Below are positions 48,824 to 61,693 of a DNA stretch of 64,000 nt, in pieces. Under the pieces are notes generated by a model. The model was not told the DNA's origin, ran no database searches, and worked only from the letters and a program-made list of their open reading frames with translations. The first letter of the stretch is position 1. Every line of letters begins with the position of its first letter. The position numbers were made by a program, and so were the translations under genes. Source of the DNA: Podarcis liolepis (taxonomy: Eukaryota); NCBI GenBank assembly GCA_965112155.1, contig OZ218099.1; one strand, given 5' to 3'.

Positions 48824-50266
48824 TTAACAATTCTGACCAATTTTGTTGGTTTGAAATAGATTGGGGATGCATGCAGGCTAGAGGTGTTTCATGTTATACT
48901 GGTGAACTGGAGGTGGTGCATCTGTCATCCTTGACCCTGTGCTTCATTCTAAGCATTTTTAGGCAAAAGCTTGTATTTTCTGAAGTACAAACATCAATTC
49001 ATGGAAGGAACCTAGTAATCAGAGATATATTGCTTCTGAACATGGAGGTTACATTTCTATCAAAGGTAAAATATTAGCATGTGATAACAATTTAAAGAAG
49101 TATCAAGAAAAGGAAATACATCTGCAGCACTCTACTCATAACAGTGTGTAGTTCATTTTATCTGTTGTTCTCATAAGGTTTTACAAATTGTCTATAAAAA
49201 GTTAACTTTGTGGGTTGTTTTTTTTTAAAAAAGGTTAAAAATCCATTTAAATGAGTAAGAGTAGCTAAGCCCGTTCTCATTCCACCCAAGTCAGTGCAAA
49301 AATGTTACAGGGTGGAATTCAAACTAGTGCTAATTGCATTGTAAGCACAAACATTTCTGCTTGCCTAATTGAACTGTCTCCTCTGTTTGCATGCTGTTCT
49401 GGGGCTTCTTTCAATCTCCCAAGAACTGGCTGGGGGGGGGGGGGAGAGAAAGGCGAGAAAAATATATTGTGCTGCCTCTTACTAGCATAGCTATTTAGTT
49501 GAATCCAGTACATAACGTTTAACAAGGCTGCATTGTCATCATGGCAAAGTTGAGAGATGCAGTTGACAGTAATACTGAAGTTCTATTATGCTACATTTCT
49601 CAGTATCTTTATGGAATGTAATGACTTATTTGATTGGCAAGCATTATGTGTAATGAATCTGAAGCCCCCTCCAGCTTCTTTCACAGAACCTATTTCTTGC
49701 TGAACTGAGGTAAAAATGGCTAGAATCCAATGGGAAACACGTACTAAATTTTATAATTTATTTTAATTGGCTATATTTATACAAATATTCATTGAAACCA
49801 AATAGTGTGGCTGATGATCCTACTAAAATAGATGAACATTGGAGGCCACATTTGCAAAATCCAATCAAGGGACCCACTGTTGCAAGTAAACATAGAAGCT
49901 ATGGCTTCCAAACAAGTCAGGGTATAAATCTATGGTTTAAAGTTGGTTTATGAATCCTGGTTTGTTTGAAAGTCTTAAACCAGAGTTCCCAGTTTGCACC
50001 TAGTGTAAAGCTATAGTTAACTGTGGATTCCTTGTTTTCCCACTTGTACAAAGAGAGAAGGCAAGGGGGCTGCATGCAATTGCATAAAGCAAGTGTATCC
50101 TGGCTTAGTAAGAGTCATGTGAACTGAGTCAGTGTTAGGTTGTCATTTTCAACACTGTACATTACTAGCATAACTAATGCCTTCATCGACAAACACAATT
50201 GCATATTTGTCTCATCTTCATTATGAGTAAACTTCTGGGCCTACAATCATTGTATATTCAACTAAC

Positions 50267-50368
50267 CTTCCATTCTGCTGATAAAACCCTTCTTCAAATT
50301 CCCGTAGAGTTTTGCGCAATTTCTTTTTTTCAGCTCTGGCTTTCCAAAGTTGCTCCAATAATTCAGGC
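50267..50368 (-). CDS. FAM13B: FAM13B exon ([33 protein letters not shown])
   Basis: TAG acceptor, AG|GTTAGT donor, phase 2/2. Confidence 0.93.
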
Positions 50369-50908
50369 CTATAAAATTATTAAAAAATGCATAGGGTAAT
50401 CAAAACCATCATGGGTATTCCACCCATCAACAAAGCAATAATATCAATGCCCCTTGCACAACATTTTCCAGGTGCCTGACAGCCGGCTGCAGCACTGAGT
50501 ATAGCATAGCTGCTTTCTGCAGTCATCAGCTATGCAATCAAGTTCACCATAGGGGAATGGATTGGCTGTGTGATGATGTTTCTCATGGGGAACTCGGTCA
50601 CACAGCTGATCCAGCTGCACCTCTGCTTGCCCCACACCTGATGTGATTTTGGGAGAACAGCCTCTCAGGTCAAACTGGGATCAGAGCTGGGCCAAATCTG
50701 GCCCATGGGATCCTCTGATTTAAACAACTAAGTAAGTAAAATGATTTGGCTGACCTGTTACAGGAGGACATTGCAAATGAAAACCCTTCACTGTTCCACC
50801 TCACACCCCATCACGATCCACAAGTGTTGTTTTTTTAAAAAAGAACCAGCTGTTTTGATTACAAAGCTACATTTGTTTTGTGGTGCTCACATGGTCGCAT
50901 TTACGTAC

Positions 50909-51081
50909 ATGGAAGCTGCACGTGTACTCGACAGACGAAGCTCTCGAGTCAATTTCTCTTGACTTTCTTCAACATCAGATTCTGAGTTTTCAACTGGACT
51001 AGTAGTAATAGACTGCGTTTGGGTGTTAGTTTTTAAGAGATCAGTGAACTCTGATGACACATCACCATCTTCCTCCTCTTC
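50909..51081 (-). CDS. FAM13B: FAM13B exon ([12 protein letters not shown]...[10 protein letters not shown])
   Basis: TTTTTCAG acceptor, AT|GTACGT donor, phase 0/2. Confidence 0.92.
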
Positions 51082-51333
51082 CTGAAAAATAATAAAATTG
51101 TTGTTCAAACATGCATTAAGTATTTCAACCACCTTGAAATACTTCAAACATGCATTAAGTATTTCAGCTACCCAGTAAAAGACACATTCATTCTGCACAC
51201 ACATTCAAGCTTACATTTTTGTTACAATTTGAGGTGTAGAGATGTGTGTATTAATGTGAAATGCTGCAGTTAAATTCAAGTGTACACTATAGGCCCTTAT
51301 GGGACCTCTGTTGTCTTTGGATAGATAAAATAC

Positions 51334-51417
51334 CTTGATTTCTTCAAAGAAGTGGGCTGTTTCTCCTTCAATGATAGGTTGTAACATCTGACCTCGTCTT
51401 TTGGTTGATGGTGAGCC
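51334..51417 (-). CDS. FAM13B: FAM13B exon ([28 protein letters not shown])
   Basis: TTTAG acceptor, AAG|GTATTT donor, 84 nt; FAM13 LQPIIEGET motif. Confidence 0.93.
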
Positions 51418-52176
51418 CTAAAATATACGTCACAATATGTTACGCAATATACAAGAAATCTATTATTTTGTTCAACTTACGATTTGGTTGAGTACAGCAT
51501 CATTTTATATTTTGCGCTATGTTGGCTAAGCAGCACATTCAACCCTAGTCAACATTTATCTTCAGGCATTTGTTCCCAGCATAAAGTGAGAACAGTAAAT
51601 CTTACATGCAAACCAATGCCCAATTCTCAACTACTGCACAGGAAGCTTTACAGTGTGTCTAGAGAAAGACCACCATGTTAAAAAATGGTAGTCATTTCAG
51701 ACAAAGGTCAGTATAACAAATATTGATGAATGTAGACAAATAGACACATTTAACATTTGCTACAGCTGAGAAACTAAATAACATCTTAAGAACTGCTGAG
51801 AGTTGGAACTAGTTTTATTACCCGATTATTGTTATTGTTATCCTACCCTTCCAAGTAGCCCAGGGTAGTAACCACCAAAGTAATAAAAATATTTTAAAAA
51901 AATAAACTGAATACATATTCAAAACATTTAAAAACGAAAAGCTCTAAAAAATTTAAAGGCATTAATAATTTGCAAATCCAAAACTAGGAAACCATATGAA
52001 AACAAGATTAAGGATTTAAAAAATTCACTATCTAGTGTTTCACTACCTAGCTTGGGAACACCTGTTTTGAGCATAAGGGCTAGTCCAGAAGGGAGACATC
52101 TAGCAAGATGAACACTCATTGTTGAGGCAAGTACACACCAATCAGTTGGCAAATGAAACACTGATTAACTACTTAC

Positions 52177-52272
52177 AAGGATGGGAGTAATGCTCGCTCG
52201 AGTTAACATTTGTTTCACAAGCCTGTATCTGTCATAGAGAGGTTTAACAATATGCCTTTCTTCTTTGGAGAC
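52177..52272 (-). CDS. FAM13B: FAM13B exon ([32 protein letters not shown])
   Basis: CAG acceptor, CTT|GTAAGT donor, 96 nt; [11 protein letters not shown] motif. Confidence 0.93.
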
Positions 52273-53106
52273 CTGAGTGAAAGCAGAAATGGGTTATCTA
52301 ACACTCAAAACAAAACAGGGTATCTTCACCACTAAGAGGATCACATGATGTCAGAGTCTCCTTGCTCACTCATTGTCCTGAAGTGGTCCAGTTGATATGC
52401 AATGCTAAGCCATGATTTAGCACTATGTGGACATGTTTCCAGCAGCCTGAGCAAAGTACTGGGCTTGCGACACTTTCTTCTTCCCACACGGTGGGAGTAG
52501 GGCTTCTGCCAACTTTTGTTTTACTTTAAACCATTTTGGCCTATCATTAGATATGATCCCGTTTTAAAACAATGACTGTGTTCACACATAAAACAAGTTC
52601 AGTCCACTCCCTGGCCTGGTCAGTTTTTAAATCTGTGATTTTAATTTGGAGCTGTGAGATCCATAAGCACAGTGCTCATACACACAAACCACAATAAGCC
52701 AGGAAGTCTAGCTTATCATTATTAACAAATGTGGCCAATTATGAGTTGCTAAACAAGCCAACTTTGATCCATGGGTTGGTTATAGAGCTGGCTTGTTTAA
52801 CAGATTACTGTTTAAATCAGGGTTTGTGGTTCATACATGATGCTAAGCAGTGGTTATTTGGCAGCAAAAGCTTTCCTCCCAGTCACATGGGAACCCAACA
52901 CTTCACTCAGGCTAACGGAGTTTTGTCCTGATAGTGCTTCCCCCATAGTTTATCATAACAAGTAAACATGAGCATTATCTGGTGACGCTTCAAATAGCTG
53001 GAGAATACCAAAACTGCAAGTTCACAATTTAGGTATGGACAATAAGTAATCACAGAAAAATAAAGCTTTCCGATACTGGTAATTTTGCATCTTGCTACTG
53101 AATGCG

Positions 53107-53454
53107 GGTGGCGCTATGGGTTAAAGCCTCAGCGCCTAGGACTTGCCGATCGAAAGGCTGGCGGTTCGAATCCCTGTGGCAGGGTGCGCTCCCGTCGCTT
53201 GGTCCCAGCGCCTGCCAACCTAGCAGTTCGAAAGCACTCTTAAGTGCAAGTAGATAAATAGGGACCGCTTACTAGCGGGAAGTTAAACGGCGTTCCGTGT
53301 GCTGTGCTGGCTCGCCAGATGCAGCTTGTCACGCTGGCCACGTGACCCAGAAGTGTCTGCGGACAGCGCTGGCTCCCGGCCTCTAGAGTGAGATGAGCGC
53401 ACAACCCTGGAGTCTGTCAAGACTGGCCCGTATGGGCAGGGGTACCTTTACCTT
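53107..53454 (+). mobile_element. Sauria SINE, same young subfamily as 16033-16385, with 11-bp TSD
   Basis: TSD TACTGAATGCG at 53096-53106 and 53455-53465; diagnostic GTCTGTCAAGACTGGCCCGTA.GGGC 3' part. Confidence 0.92.
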
Positions 53455-53805
53455 TACTGAATGCGAATTCTGTAGAAAGTGTGTACTTTGCAATGTTTTA
53501 TACAGACTAACCTCCCTACAGCGCCAGAAGAAGGCTTATTTATCTGTTATTTATTTATACACAGCAGAAAAAATACCAAAACAGTGAACTGAAAACAAAA
53601 ATACAATAGAACATCAGCTCAGAATATTACTTCCCTCCTCAGTGTTAACAGTGTTTAAAGAGCTGCCCTTTGAATCTTATTTTGCAGCTCATTCTTTGAG
53701 CCTCTACATGGCACACAATAAATCTATATGCTATTTTAAGAATCATTTGGTAATCATAAAATATGAGAATTATTTGAGGCAGGTGTTCAGTGATATTTCA
53801 TAACC

Positions 53806-54683
53806 ATAATAATAATAATAATTTTATTATTTATACCCCGCCCATCTGGCTGGGCCTCCCCAGCCACTCTGGGCAGCTTCTAAAAAAAATATTAAAATAC
53901 TATAATACATCAAACATTAAAAGCTTCCCTAAACAGGGCTGCCTTCAGATGTCTTCTAAAAGTCTGGTAGTTGTTCTCTTTGACATCTGGTGGGAGGGCG
54001 TTCCACAGGGAGGGCGCCACCACCGAGAAGGCCCTCTGCCTGGTTCCCTGTAACTTGGCTTCTCGCAGTGAGGAAACCGCCAGAAGGCCCTCAGTGCTGG
54101 ACCTCAGTGTCCGGGTAGAACGATGGGGGTGGAGACGCTCCTTCAGATATACTGGACCGAGGCCGTTTAGGGCTTTAAAGGTCAGCACCAACACTTTGAA
54201 TTGTGCTCGGAAACGTACTGGGAGCCAATGTAGGTCTTTCAAGACCGGTGTTATATGGTCTCGGCGGCCGCTCCCAGTCACCAGTCTGGCTGCCGCGTTC
54301 TGGATTAGTTATAGTTTACGGGTCACCTTCAAAGGTAGCCCCACGTAGAGCGCATTGCAGTAGTCCAAGCAGGAGATAACCAAAGCATGCACCACTCTGG
54401 CGAGGCAGTCCACAGGCAGATAGGGTCTCAGCCTGCGTACCAGGTGGAGCTGGTAAACAGCTGCCCTGGACACAGATTTGACCTGTGCCTCCATGAACAG
54501 CTGTGAGTCCAAAATGACTCCCAGGCTGCGCACCTGGTCCTTCAGGGGCACAGTTACCCCATTCAGGACCAGGGAATCCTCCACACCTGCCTGCCTCCTG
54601 TCCCCCAAAAACAGTACTTCTGTCTTGTCAGGATTCAATCTCAATCTGTTAGCCGCCATCCATCCTCCAACCGCCTCCAGACA
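53806..54683 (-). mobile_element. Young 5'-truncated L2-clade LINE (ORF2 C-terminal part plus 3' UTR and AT-rich tail)
   Basis: ORFs 54309-54659 and 53910-54281 are in one frame split by a single TAA; LRLNPDKTEV...LDYCNALY.GLP...QNAAARLVTG...HITPVLKDLHWLPV motifs. Confidence 0.9.
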
Positions 54684-54739
54684 TTAACCACATTAACTGT
54701 GTATTAAATAATTGCAGAGAATGAAATAATGAATATTAC

Positions 54740-54823
54740 CGGTCGTCCATGCTGACTTTCATAGTACAAGAGACTTTTTTGGAGAGACGTTTTTTCTTCT
54801 ACCAGATCATCCTTCGTCATTTT
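54740..54823 (-). CDS. FAM13B: FAM13B exon ([28 protein letters not shown])
   Basis: CAG acceptor, CCG|GTAATA donor, 84 nt; LQKxLLYYESxHGRP motif. Confidence 0.93.
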
Positions 54824-55559
54824 CTGTAACAAGAGAGACAAGTGTCTTACTCTAAATATGCTCTTTAGTGTAAGCTTCCTTCTGAAGCTAAAATTATAAA
54901 AGACAAGACAGCTATACTGAATATATTTTATAAATATACGGCCCAAAAGCTCCAAAGAGTTCAAAACTCAGATAATGGCACCTGCTGCATGAGGCTTCTC
55001 CTACTGTCAGGAAACTGTAGCCTAATACCAAATGACAACTCTTACTCCATATGTGCATTTGAGACTTTGCAATAGTTTGTGCAAGTGTCTGCTTATAAAA
55101 TTAAAATACAGTGAATGATTACTGTAATCTAGTGCTGCATGTTATACAGTTGACTCTCATCTTGTGTGGGGGTTACGTGGCCTTGGGTTTGGCATGCAAA
55201 GCCAAAATCATTAATAGTCAAAACAACCCTTTAAAAAACTCGCCCAAGGCCACTGAATACTCTGACCACCTCCGTAATCTCCCCAAAAGCCGTATGTGCT
55301 CTCCCAAGGCCACTATAACCTCTCCATGCACCTCTGAATACTCTCCCAGAGTGAGTGCTATGGTGGGTGGGATTGCCGTCATCCCCCTGCCCCCCCTTTT
55401 TGAACAAGCATGTTAAGCTACAATCGCACAACTTAAATGTGCATAAGTTGCAAGTAGTCAACTGCCTTAGGAAATTTGCAAGTGCTGTAAAATAAGCTGA
55501 ACTGAACTATTTTCATCTCTTCAAGTGCAACAATACAAGTACAAAATAGGCATATATAC

Positions 55560-55789
55560 CTTTATATCTTCTGGAAGGCAGCTTTCAATTCGTTTTTCCT
55601 TCAGCCTTTTAAAAATGAGTTCCACTGTGGCCTCCTTGGTAGGCTTCCTTTCTTTCTGTGCAACCCGGTGATCATCTTCATTTTCTTCATCTTCATGATC
55701 CAAAGATGAGCCAAAGCTTTTTGGAAGAGTGTTACTTCGTGGCCGTGTCTGAGGTATGAATTCTCCATCTGAGCTTTTGTGCTTTGCAT
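55560..55789 (-). CDS. FAM13B: FAM13B exon ([30 protein letters not shown]...CLPEDIK)
   Basis: CAG acceptor, AAG|GTATAT donor, phase 1/0; [13 protein letters not shown] motif. Confidence 0.93.
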
Positions 55790-55872
55790 CTGTATTCAAG
55801 AAAGTACCAAACTCAAAGTCAAAGTCAATTACTTGAGACAACACAGAAACAAGAAACTTATTCATTCATATA

Positions 55873-56114
55873 CAGTGGTATCTCGGGTTAAGTACTTAAT
55901 TCGTTCCGAAGATCCGTTCTTAACCTGAAATTGTTCTTAACCTGAAGCACCACTTTAGCTAATGGGGCCTCCTACTGCTGCCGCGCCGCCGGAGCACAAT
56001 TTCTGTTCTCATCCGGAAGCAAAGTTCTTAACCTGAAGCACTATTTCTGGGTTAGCGGAGTGTGTAACCTGAAGCGTCTGTAACCTGAAGCGTATGTAAC
56101 CTGAGGTACCACTG
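55873..56114. mobile_element. Tigger/pogo-like MITE
   Basis: TIR CAGTGGTATCTCGGGTTA / TAACCTGAGGTACCACTG, TA TSD. Confidence 0.87.
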
Positions 56115-56204
56115 TATAATGAGTGAAAAATGAGTCACCCTTCTCTCCAGTAAGGTCCAATGAAAGGTGTGAAAGCCCAAGAAGATGAAACACAAAATTC
56201 TTAC

Positions 56205-56286
56205 CTTTTATTTGCTTTTTCAATTTGGTAAGCTCTGTCATCCACTTTAAAACCTTTGGATTTGCTGCAATATCAGAATACGACGG
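56205..56286 (-). CDS. FAM13B: FAM13B exon ([27 protein letters not shown])
   Basis: TTTCAG acceptor, G|GTAAGA donor, phase 0/1. Confidence 0.93.
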
Positions 56287-56659
56287 CTGAAAAGAGATAT
56301 GTATAGCATTAGGATTCTCAGAAATCACACACACACTGAATTTAACAGGGTTGACTTCTTCATTGGAAGAGTTCTCCATGCCCCTTGCTGGACAAAGTAA
56401 GTAACAGCAGCAAAATCTGGGCTTGTGTTTTTCATACACCCAAGCATGCAACTTGTTTGGGTCAGAGAATTAAGAACCTAAGAATTACCATGCTGGATCA
56501 AGCCATCTACTTCTGCCCAACCCCCAATAGATTTTTTGGGATACAATTGAGACCTTTTTACTGACTACAATACAGGAATACATAGAGCCATGTGAAAAAC
56601 AAAACTTTTAATTTTGGGAATGCTAGCTAGCTAGCTACCAATGTGTAACAGCAGCTTAC

Positions 56660-56792
56660 CTTGAAATTTTTGTCTTTTTCAAACTGCTCCTCAAACTGCC
56701 TTATTTTTTTCTGCAGCTTTTTGACTAGCTGATAAGGAGTCTTGTCTTCCCTTCTGTCATCCTTAGAACTATTAAATGATGCTCTTCGAGTT
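56660..56792 (-). CDS. FAM13B: FAM13B exon ([44 protein letters not shown])
   Basis: GCAG acceptor, AAG|GTAAGC donor, phase 2/0. Confidence 0.92.
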
Positions 56793-59700
56793 CTGCATTT
56801 AAAGGGCAAGGTTTTAGATACCGAATACACATATCGTAAAATGCACAACACTGGAAAACAGTGAGCAGGTGTACATTTATATTTCTATCACAAAGGCCAG
56901 AACAAAAATAGTCTCACCTGTTAACTTCTCTCACACAACATTGTCACTAATTCCTCACTAAAGCTGCATTTTGCTCAGATGAGAACATGGCAGGTGAAAA
57001 AGCTGTCAGTCAAGTGCTTGAGTCACTCATAAGGGCCACCCCTTCCTCTTGCCACAAGATGATTGATATCTTCCAAAAGCTGTAAACCATAACATCTAAA
57101 AAACTATTAAACCGTTGCAAACCCTCCTCTATGGGAAAAGTACAACTCTTTCACACCACAACTTAAAAGGTATCTGGTAAAAGCAGCAACAGAAAATGAT
57201 GTATTCTCTCTGACACCATTATCAAATTGTTTATAATGCAGGGATTAATGGAACACGATCTTAAAAGCTCATTTCAACTATTATTTTCACAATAGCATTG
57301 TTACTTAGCTCAGTTGAATAAAAGCTAACAATTCAGATTCACAGCCAACCACTCCTACAAGTGCTGAATTCTATGCATGATTTTAGGATTCTTAGTTTCA
57401 AAGTATCAGATGAAGAACTGGAAATCAAACTGGCAGGATATTCCCGACAAAGTTTTATAGCTTTTCTATGCCTTTTTCTTAATGTATTCTATTTCTTCCC
57501 TCCTTGTAGTGATGTGACCTGCAACAGCTACCCCATTTTAAAGGGTATATTAGATGTTCTCTCTACAGCCAGACGACAAAAAGACACTAAGATTTGGAGC
57601 TTATGCTAGCTAAAAGCAAACACTAAGGGCTGGATTCAACTAATGCATCCCGCAGCAGAAACCTGCACAAGGACTTCCACTAGAGCAACGGGGCTTTCCC
57701 CCCTTCTCCACACACTCTCCCAAATTGACTCAGGAGAGGTTGGAACTTCTCGAGTAGCACAGATTTCACCTCCGTGTTGTCAACAATTCACTCTTCCTAT
57801 TTTGCCTTCTTTTAGACTATTTTACTCTCTGAATAATATTCTGATCAATATTCTGCCGGAAAAAGTTAATCTCCCTTTACAGCCTCAAATTCAAATGGTG
57901 CACTTGAAAAGTGAAAACATTGGAAGCTCATAAAAAGAGGAAGAGAGCAAAAAAGAAAGAAAGTCAACACTGATGAAATTAAGTACCATTCATCTCAGAA
58001 CCATGAAGATTTGCATGTAAATATACAAATTTTTGTCACTGGTAACCTGAAAATTGAAGTTTTTCTCCCTAAAACATGTGTTTGTTTTGTACCTTTGGTA
58101 CAGCCTTTCCCCTGCCAGACTTAAGAAAAAATTCTCTAATGCACCTTAGCTACTAATTCTTTATTGCACAAGTCTGCCTACCTGGTATATATTTACTCAT
58201 TATGAGGTATGCCGAAGCATTATGAATGTTACAAAGTTCAGTTTTAGGAGGAAGGAGAAGCCAAGGCTTAAGACTATCTTAAGACTATTTTGTCCCAATG
58301 CACCTGCAAAAATGGAACATCAGAACAGATCATTAGCTTCAAAGATGGTATTATGGCTGCCAGAAAAGCCACAATGAAACAAAATGAATAAGCCACAGGT
58401 TGAAACAGAGAGTAAAGAAAGAGCTGCGAGTAGAGGTGCCCCTCTGCCGATCCTTCGGACCCCCTGGGAAACTCAACAAACCTGTTGTACCTAGAACTGG
58501 GTGTGGAGAGTGCAGCTGAATGGGACACAGCTGGAGGCAGCCTGCTGAAGTACCATCCACCTTGGGATTACTCATAAAAAGCAAGACTAGAGTGAGAGAC
58601 TACAGCCACGACTGCTGTTTCTAGGAACTCTTCTCGCTGTGAAACGTTTGTGGTTGAGCTGAGTGTTTGTTTGGACCCTGGGTGAAAACCCAGAGGATGA
58701 GAGGGTGTGTCAGAAGGAAAATGAACTGATACTGATTTATATACATTAGTAACTGTGTTAATGTAATGTTTTTATATGTAACTATTTTTGTAACAATTTA
58801 AGTTGCCTGTTGTTGCTTCAGTTGTTTGTAAACCTCTTAGAGATATTTTAAATATATTAAGCAGTACAGAAATTAAATAATCATCAAATAACCAGCAATA
58901 GGAAACCTATGAATCTAATGAATAGGCACTTGAAGAAAAATGTCACTGCTAATCATACCATGATTTGTGATGATCTCAGGATCAAGATGGTAACAACTCT
59001 AAATGTACCAAAGACTCATCTGGTGCCTACAACATAGGAAGAAACAAGATTTTCTGCAGCCGGGGGCAGTTAAGTCCAGGGAAGTGAAAGTAGTACTATT
59101 TTAAATTGATGTTTTGGAAAAGTAGTCACAAATTTGGACAACTGACGACATGCTGTGATCCAGGCAGATTAAGAAGTTATTTCTTACTGAACAACACAAA
59201 TATCGCTCCATGCACCATGGTACCATATGCGACATAAGCTCCAAGTATTTTGTTAATACGGGGGGGGGGGGGCGACCTGACAAGGTTTGAGTCAAAAGTT
59301 GGGTAGAAAATGGGAGACAGATGTCAGGTGGTCCATGCTTATGCAAAGTGCACATTGTTAAACATAGTCTCAGAAGACATATTGGCATGGGGTCAAAAGT
59401 AAAAGGCAGCAGAGAAAAAGATATAGAACAAGTGTATCATCAGGCAAGATCTCCGAAGCCTGAATTCCCTAGCACCTGCTTAGCAAAATGAGTAACAACT
59501 ATGCATTTAAAAAAGAAAAACAAATGGACATCACCATTTCTCCATAGATTTTCCCAGACCTCTATTGCTCTGAGGCAAAACCAACCAATTTCCATTTTAA
59601 TTAAAGCCAAGGGACCTTATTGCTGTAAACACCGAGATGAAGGCTCTACAGATGTAGGTGCTATAGGTCTATGGTCTGCCTGGCTCCAACAAATGTGCTT

Positions 59701-60514
59701 AAGAAGCAGTGAAGAATGGTAGTGAAATATACAAGTACGCAGGGAAATGAGATCTTGAGAATGGCAAACAATTTAGCTAACAATGGAAAAGAAAAGGGGA
59801 AAAAAAGCTGACATGTTAGGAAACAACCACTGCTCTGTAAGTTCAACACTATGGACTGTATCTAAATTTCTCTCCGCTACCCCAATTCATCACCAAAATT
59901 TGCTGCAGGGGGTCCCCCCGTCTGGAGATGGTTTTGAAGATGACAGTGGGGAGGAAAAGGGCAAATCCCAATGTGTGAGTGTAAGTTTGTTCCATTCATG
60001 CAACAGCAGTGCTAGACACAACCCTTAACACTTTTTGCAGCTATAAACATGTTTAGGAGCACTGAAGTCAGTTGTAGCATTGTAAAACGAAGAAAGCTTG
60101 TGGCAAGACGATGGTTCAAGCCCACATGAGGCTTAAAGCCTTGACTGAGTATGCTTTCCACTCATTGTTCTTCCACTTCAGAAAAAATTGAAAAAACTTT
60201 GTCGTGACAATGGTTGGTTTATGTATAATTTTCATAACCAGAAAAGTATTATTGTATAACAATGCTCAATAACTAACATAAATCAGAACTCAGGGCAAGA
60301 CAAGTCTCCATCATTAAAATGATATAACATTTTGCCTATTATGGGTGGGTTCAGTGTACTCTAGAATGCCTCTCTCTACAACCACAGTGCAAAATCTGCT
60401 TTACGTTAGCTGGAAACAGGTGGGAAATCCATAAACACTAAAAGTCAGACTAGATAGCATCACAACAATGACCATGTAGTTTAAGCATAAATGGATTGGA
60501 TCCAGACTTAGTTA

Positions 60515-61170
60515 TGAACAGAAGACCAACTCTGCTGGATCAGGCCAAAGCCCATCAAGTCCAGTATCCTGTTCTCACAGTGGCCAACCAAATGCCTATG
60601 GGAAGCTGAAAAGGAGGGCCTGCCTGCAGCAGCACTCTCCCCACGTGCGATTCTCAGCTGCAAGTACTCAGAGGCATGACGCCTTCACTGGGGGGAATAA
60701 AGCCATCATAGTTAGTAGCCACTGATAGCCTTATTATCTATAAATTGGTCTAATCCCTTTTAAAGCCATACAAGCTGGCAGCAAAATTCATAGTTTATGT
60801 ACCGTATAAAGAGGTACAGGATGGACCTGCGTACTAGTGTTGTGAGAGAAGATGAAAAACATCTTCATGTCCACTTTCTGTACACTTTGGGTGGAATTCA
60901 ATGTTGCTCTATGGCGAACTGCTGCCTGCCCGATGGAACAATTGATCAGCCCCGCTCCTTTCCCCAATGTGCTGTTCTAGGAGTTCTCCTGACACCCCCC
61001 AGGCCAATTCCAGACGTGTGAGGGGGAGGGGGAGAACTCTCCTGCGCAAGCAAAATCCCTTGTACAGGCTTTGCAATGACAGATTAGGTGAAGACCACCC
61101 CATGTTATCTTATACACCTCTATTGTGTCCCACCTTACTTCTCAATGAAAAAGACCAAAATGCTCTAACC
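60515..61170 (-). mobile_element. CR1 LINE 3' fragment with an inserted short palindromic element (about 60890-61095)
   Basis: CTGCTGGATCAGGCCAAAGCCCATC.AGTCCAG.ATCCTGTTCTCACAGTGGCCAACCA; boundaries approximate. Confidence 0.6.
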
Positions 61171-61319
61171 TTTCCTTGTAGTTACAACTTTGACTAGACC
61201 CACTGGATCCAGTAGGGCTTAAATTAGTCCTGACTAGATTTCAATGAGCAATGAGCATATTCAATGGATCCAAATTAAAATCAGGTTTGAGATTTCTACA
61301 TACTAGGTAGAGAAGTCTC

Positions 61320-61388
61320 CCAAGTCTGCAATGCAGGAAGATGGACTAGGTGACACTTGGGGTCCCTTCTAATTCTACAATTCTATCT
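61320..61388 (+). mobile_element. CR1 3' terminal stub
   Basis: TGGACTAG.TGAC...GGGGTCCCTT..AA.TCTACAATTC matches 21370-21411. Confidence 0.6.
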
Positions 61389-61485
61389 CAGCTTTTACAC
61401 CAAAACACCTCTTTTCTAAAGCGAACTGACTCCAAACATCAGAATTTGATCTTGTGTAGCTTAGTTGTGAGCATTAACTACCTAC

Positions 61486-61693
61486 CTAACAAAAGAAAGT
61501 GCTTTAGATGAAGAATCTGCTTTTTCTGGATCATGCAGAAAACGCTGGCTTTGTCCAAAATCCAAACTCCGATGTGACAATATGGGATGACTGTCTTCTT
61601 CCAGAGGATGATTCATTCTTCCAGCTTGTGGAGAAAGCTGAGCTTCTCCAGATTCACTCTCTTCCTGCCAAGATTTAAAAGCAGGAAACGGCT
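61486..61693 (-). CDS. FAM13B: FAM13B exon ([26 protein letters not shown]...SSKALSFV)
   Basis: TGTAG acceptor, AG|GTAGGT donor, phase 1/2. Confidence 0.92.

Noticed and set aside
58228-58995. Possible solo LTR (TGTTAC...GTAACA)
   Set aside because: No matching 4-6 bp target duplication at the candidate ends and no second copy in the window; needs a repeat library search.
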